A stretch of DNA of 64,000 nt, taken from positions 366,220 to 430,219 of the forward strand of contig NW_005434607.1 of NCBI RefSeq assembly GCF_000315625.1, written 5' to 3'. The notes below the pieces were generated by a model. The model was given only the letters and a program-made list of their open reading frames with translations. It was not told the DNA's origin and made no database searches. This DNA comes from Guillardia theta CCMP2712. Taxonomy: Eukaryota; Protista; Cryptophyta. The translations under genes were made by a program, and so were the position numbers. Shown here piece by piece: positions 62,375-64,000 of the stretch (positions are counted from its first letter, which is position 1; each line of letters opens with the position of its first letter).

Positions 62375-62772
62375 ATGATCCAGATCAAACAAGAAAAAGG
62401 ATTCACTGACCCACAACCTGCGGCCGCTGAAACAATCAGGATTAAACAAGAACCAACCGATGAGATCCAACCACAACCTACGCTGCGCTTGGCTTCGCCA
62501 ACGATAAGGCAACCAAATAAACCACCTATAAAAGATCCTAGAATTAGCGAGAGAGCAAGGCAAAAGAAATATTATGATAAGAAGAAAGCCGATATATTAG
62601 AAAGAAAAAACAGCAATACGAAGATAATAAGGACAAAATAACAGCTCGAAAGATAGTTAAACGATTGAATGATATCATTTCAACCGGTGGCACTGCCAAG
62701 CCTACAGCCGCAAGCATGGCAACATACCAACTATACAAAGAAGGCAACACATGGAAGAGCCGGACAATCTAA
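62375..62772 (+). pseudogene. Viral-type basic protein with a frameshift in the A-run near 62605-62610
   Basis: MIQIKQEKG..RQKKYYDKKKADILER continues in another frame as KQQYEDNKDKITARKIVKRLN..WKSRTI*. Confidence 0.5.
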
Positions 62773-62859
62773 TTTATATAAAAATGATTTGATTATTTTT
62801 AATATATATAAGTAAAATAAACTTTCTCACTTATATATAAAGTTGAAACATACCCAACT

Positions 62860-63060
62860 ATGACCAAGGCACAGGCTCGCTATTACAAGAAGAGATTTAA
62901 CAACGATGAAGAATTCCACGACAAAGAATGCAAGAGAGTATGCGAATTTAGAAAAACCCGATATGCAAATGATGAGGAATATAGAAACATGATCAAACAA
63001 AAGGCCCTTGAATATTATTATAGGAAGAAGGCAGAAAGAGAGAATCAATCATCTAATTAA
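62860..63060 (+). CDS. Small basic viral-type protein
   Basis: Internal repeat RFNNDEEF / RYANDEEYR, a composition typical of small ORFs in giant viruses and virophages. Confidence 0.55.
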   Translation: MTKAQARYYKKRFNNDEEFHDKECKRVCEFRKTRYANDEEYRNMIKQKALEYYYRKKAERENQSSN

Positions 63061-63206
63061 TGCAGTGATACAGTCTTTTTTTATTTTTTTACTGTTATAA
63101 TGGTAACAAAAATAAATTGCAAGGATTTTTCCGATTTTTGATAAAAAATGATATAAAGTAAAAAATGAATATAAGTAATAAAAAAATCTCAACTATAATT
63201 AAAAGG

Positions 63207-64000
63207 ATGACTTTTCGCTTGCCTTCTGCAACTTATGAAATTCAAGGTGCTATTCAAGACTATGAATATATTAGGCATGATTTAGAGTTCAAATGTGTCC
63301 CCCTCTATCCTCAAGATCCAAATGATAGGGACAACAAGGAGTTTGAATCTGACATGATCATTAAAAAAACATATGCCCTTGCTGCTGGCTGGAACGATAC
63401 AAAAAAACACAACAAAGAGACATTCAAGATCTGGCACAAATTAATTGATAACAAAATAAACAACAATAAAGGCGTTCTTTATGCTGTTCTTACTGGAAAG
63501 ATCAATAATATCACGGTCATTGATCTTGATATTTTAAAGGCTGAGAACAGGAATGAAGAATTTGAAAACTTGGTGCAATCTGCTGAAACCTTTCAAGTCT
63601 CAACACCAAAAGGCGAACATCACTATTTCCTATATTGTCCATATTTGAAAAATAAAATTGGCTTTCTTGGTTATATTGATATCCTCAATGATACAAAATG
63701 CGTCATTGGTGCGGGGACACTCCGTGATGATGGATTTTATAGCATTCTTGAAGAAAATGAGTTAAAACCCATCTCAAAAGCATTGTTTGATTTTATCCCA
63801 GATAATTTAAAAAATGATTTTGAAAAAGATTATTACAAGCTTATGAATAATGCGGTATTTGGTAAGACTATGGAGAATGTAAGAAACCGTGTTCAGGTCA
63901 AACTACCAACTACATTAAAGAAGGCTCAAAAATATACAAACTCACCTAATTGTACTAAGTGGGAAATTATAGACGAAAACATGCCTTTAGTTTCCTTGAA
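63207..64000 (+). CDS. Prim-Pol (bifunctional primase-polymerase) domain joined in frame to the family-B DNA polymerase motif-B region; open at the window end
   Basis: Hand translation from ATG 63207 has no stop. Prim-Pol: AVLTGKINNITVIDLD, VSTPKGEHHYF, IDILND..VIGAGT. PolB: KNDFEKDYYKLMNNAVFGKTMENVRNR. Confidence 0.8.
   Translation, partial: MTFRLPSATYEIQGAIQDYEYIRHDLEFKCVPLYPQDPNDRDNKEFESDMIIKKTYALAAGWNDTKKHNKETFKIWHKLIDNKINNNKGVLYAVLTGKINNITVIDLDILKAENRNEEFENLVQSAETFQVSTPKGEHHYFLYCPYLKNKIGFLGYIDILNDTKCVIGAGTLRDDGFYSILEENELKPISKALFDFIPDNLKNDFEKDYYKLMNNAVFGKTMENVRNRVQVKLPTTLKKAQKYTNSPNCTKWEIIDENMPLVSL

Larger units (their letters stand above)
61008..64000. mobile_element. AT-rich endogenous viral element (virophage/Polinton-like), right copy; runs off the window
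   Basis: Inverted homology to 54050-55590, divergent small basic ORFs around a non-coding repeat region, and a Prim-Pol/PolB ORF. Confidence 0.75.

Overview
Eukaryotic nuclear DNA. Short GT-AG introns full of (CTCCT)n, (GAT)n and (CATCT)n microsatellites, GC-rich CCGG intergenic tracts, and ART-ankyrin and Crinkler-type genes suggest a cryptophyte alga such as Guillardia theta (inferred). It is a draft assembly with N-gaps near 31.7-32.3, 34.7-34.8, 36.7-37.4, 39.8-39.9 and 50.1-50.3 kb. Positions 1-41.3 kb hold mostly intron-containing host genes: a Cys-rich secreted protein, a GILT thiol reductase, PDZ/WW, PH/FYVE, USP48-like and ART-ankyrin genes. This part also has a TIR-bounded hAT-like element and a decayed intronless gene resembling an HK97-type (mirusvirus-like) portal. 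Positions 42-64 kb are a mosaic of mobile DNA: a P-element-like transposase; a ~4.2-kb tandem unit (Crinkler NTPase-REase gene with a plastid-type presequence, Helitron helicase remnant, Crypton-like remnant); a decayed Copia pol; and two inverted, diverged copies of an AT-rich virophage/Polinton-like viral element. The viral copies carry TATCTA promoter motifs, a co-varying GGA-triloop hairpin and iteron arrays whose unit differs between copies. At the window edge, an ORF missed by the ORF track joins a Prim-Pol domain directly to the PolB motif-B region. All homology calls come from recognising motifs by eye; no database search was run.
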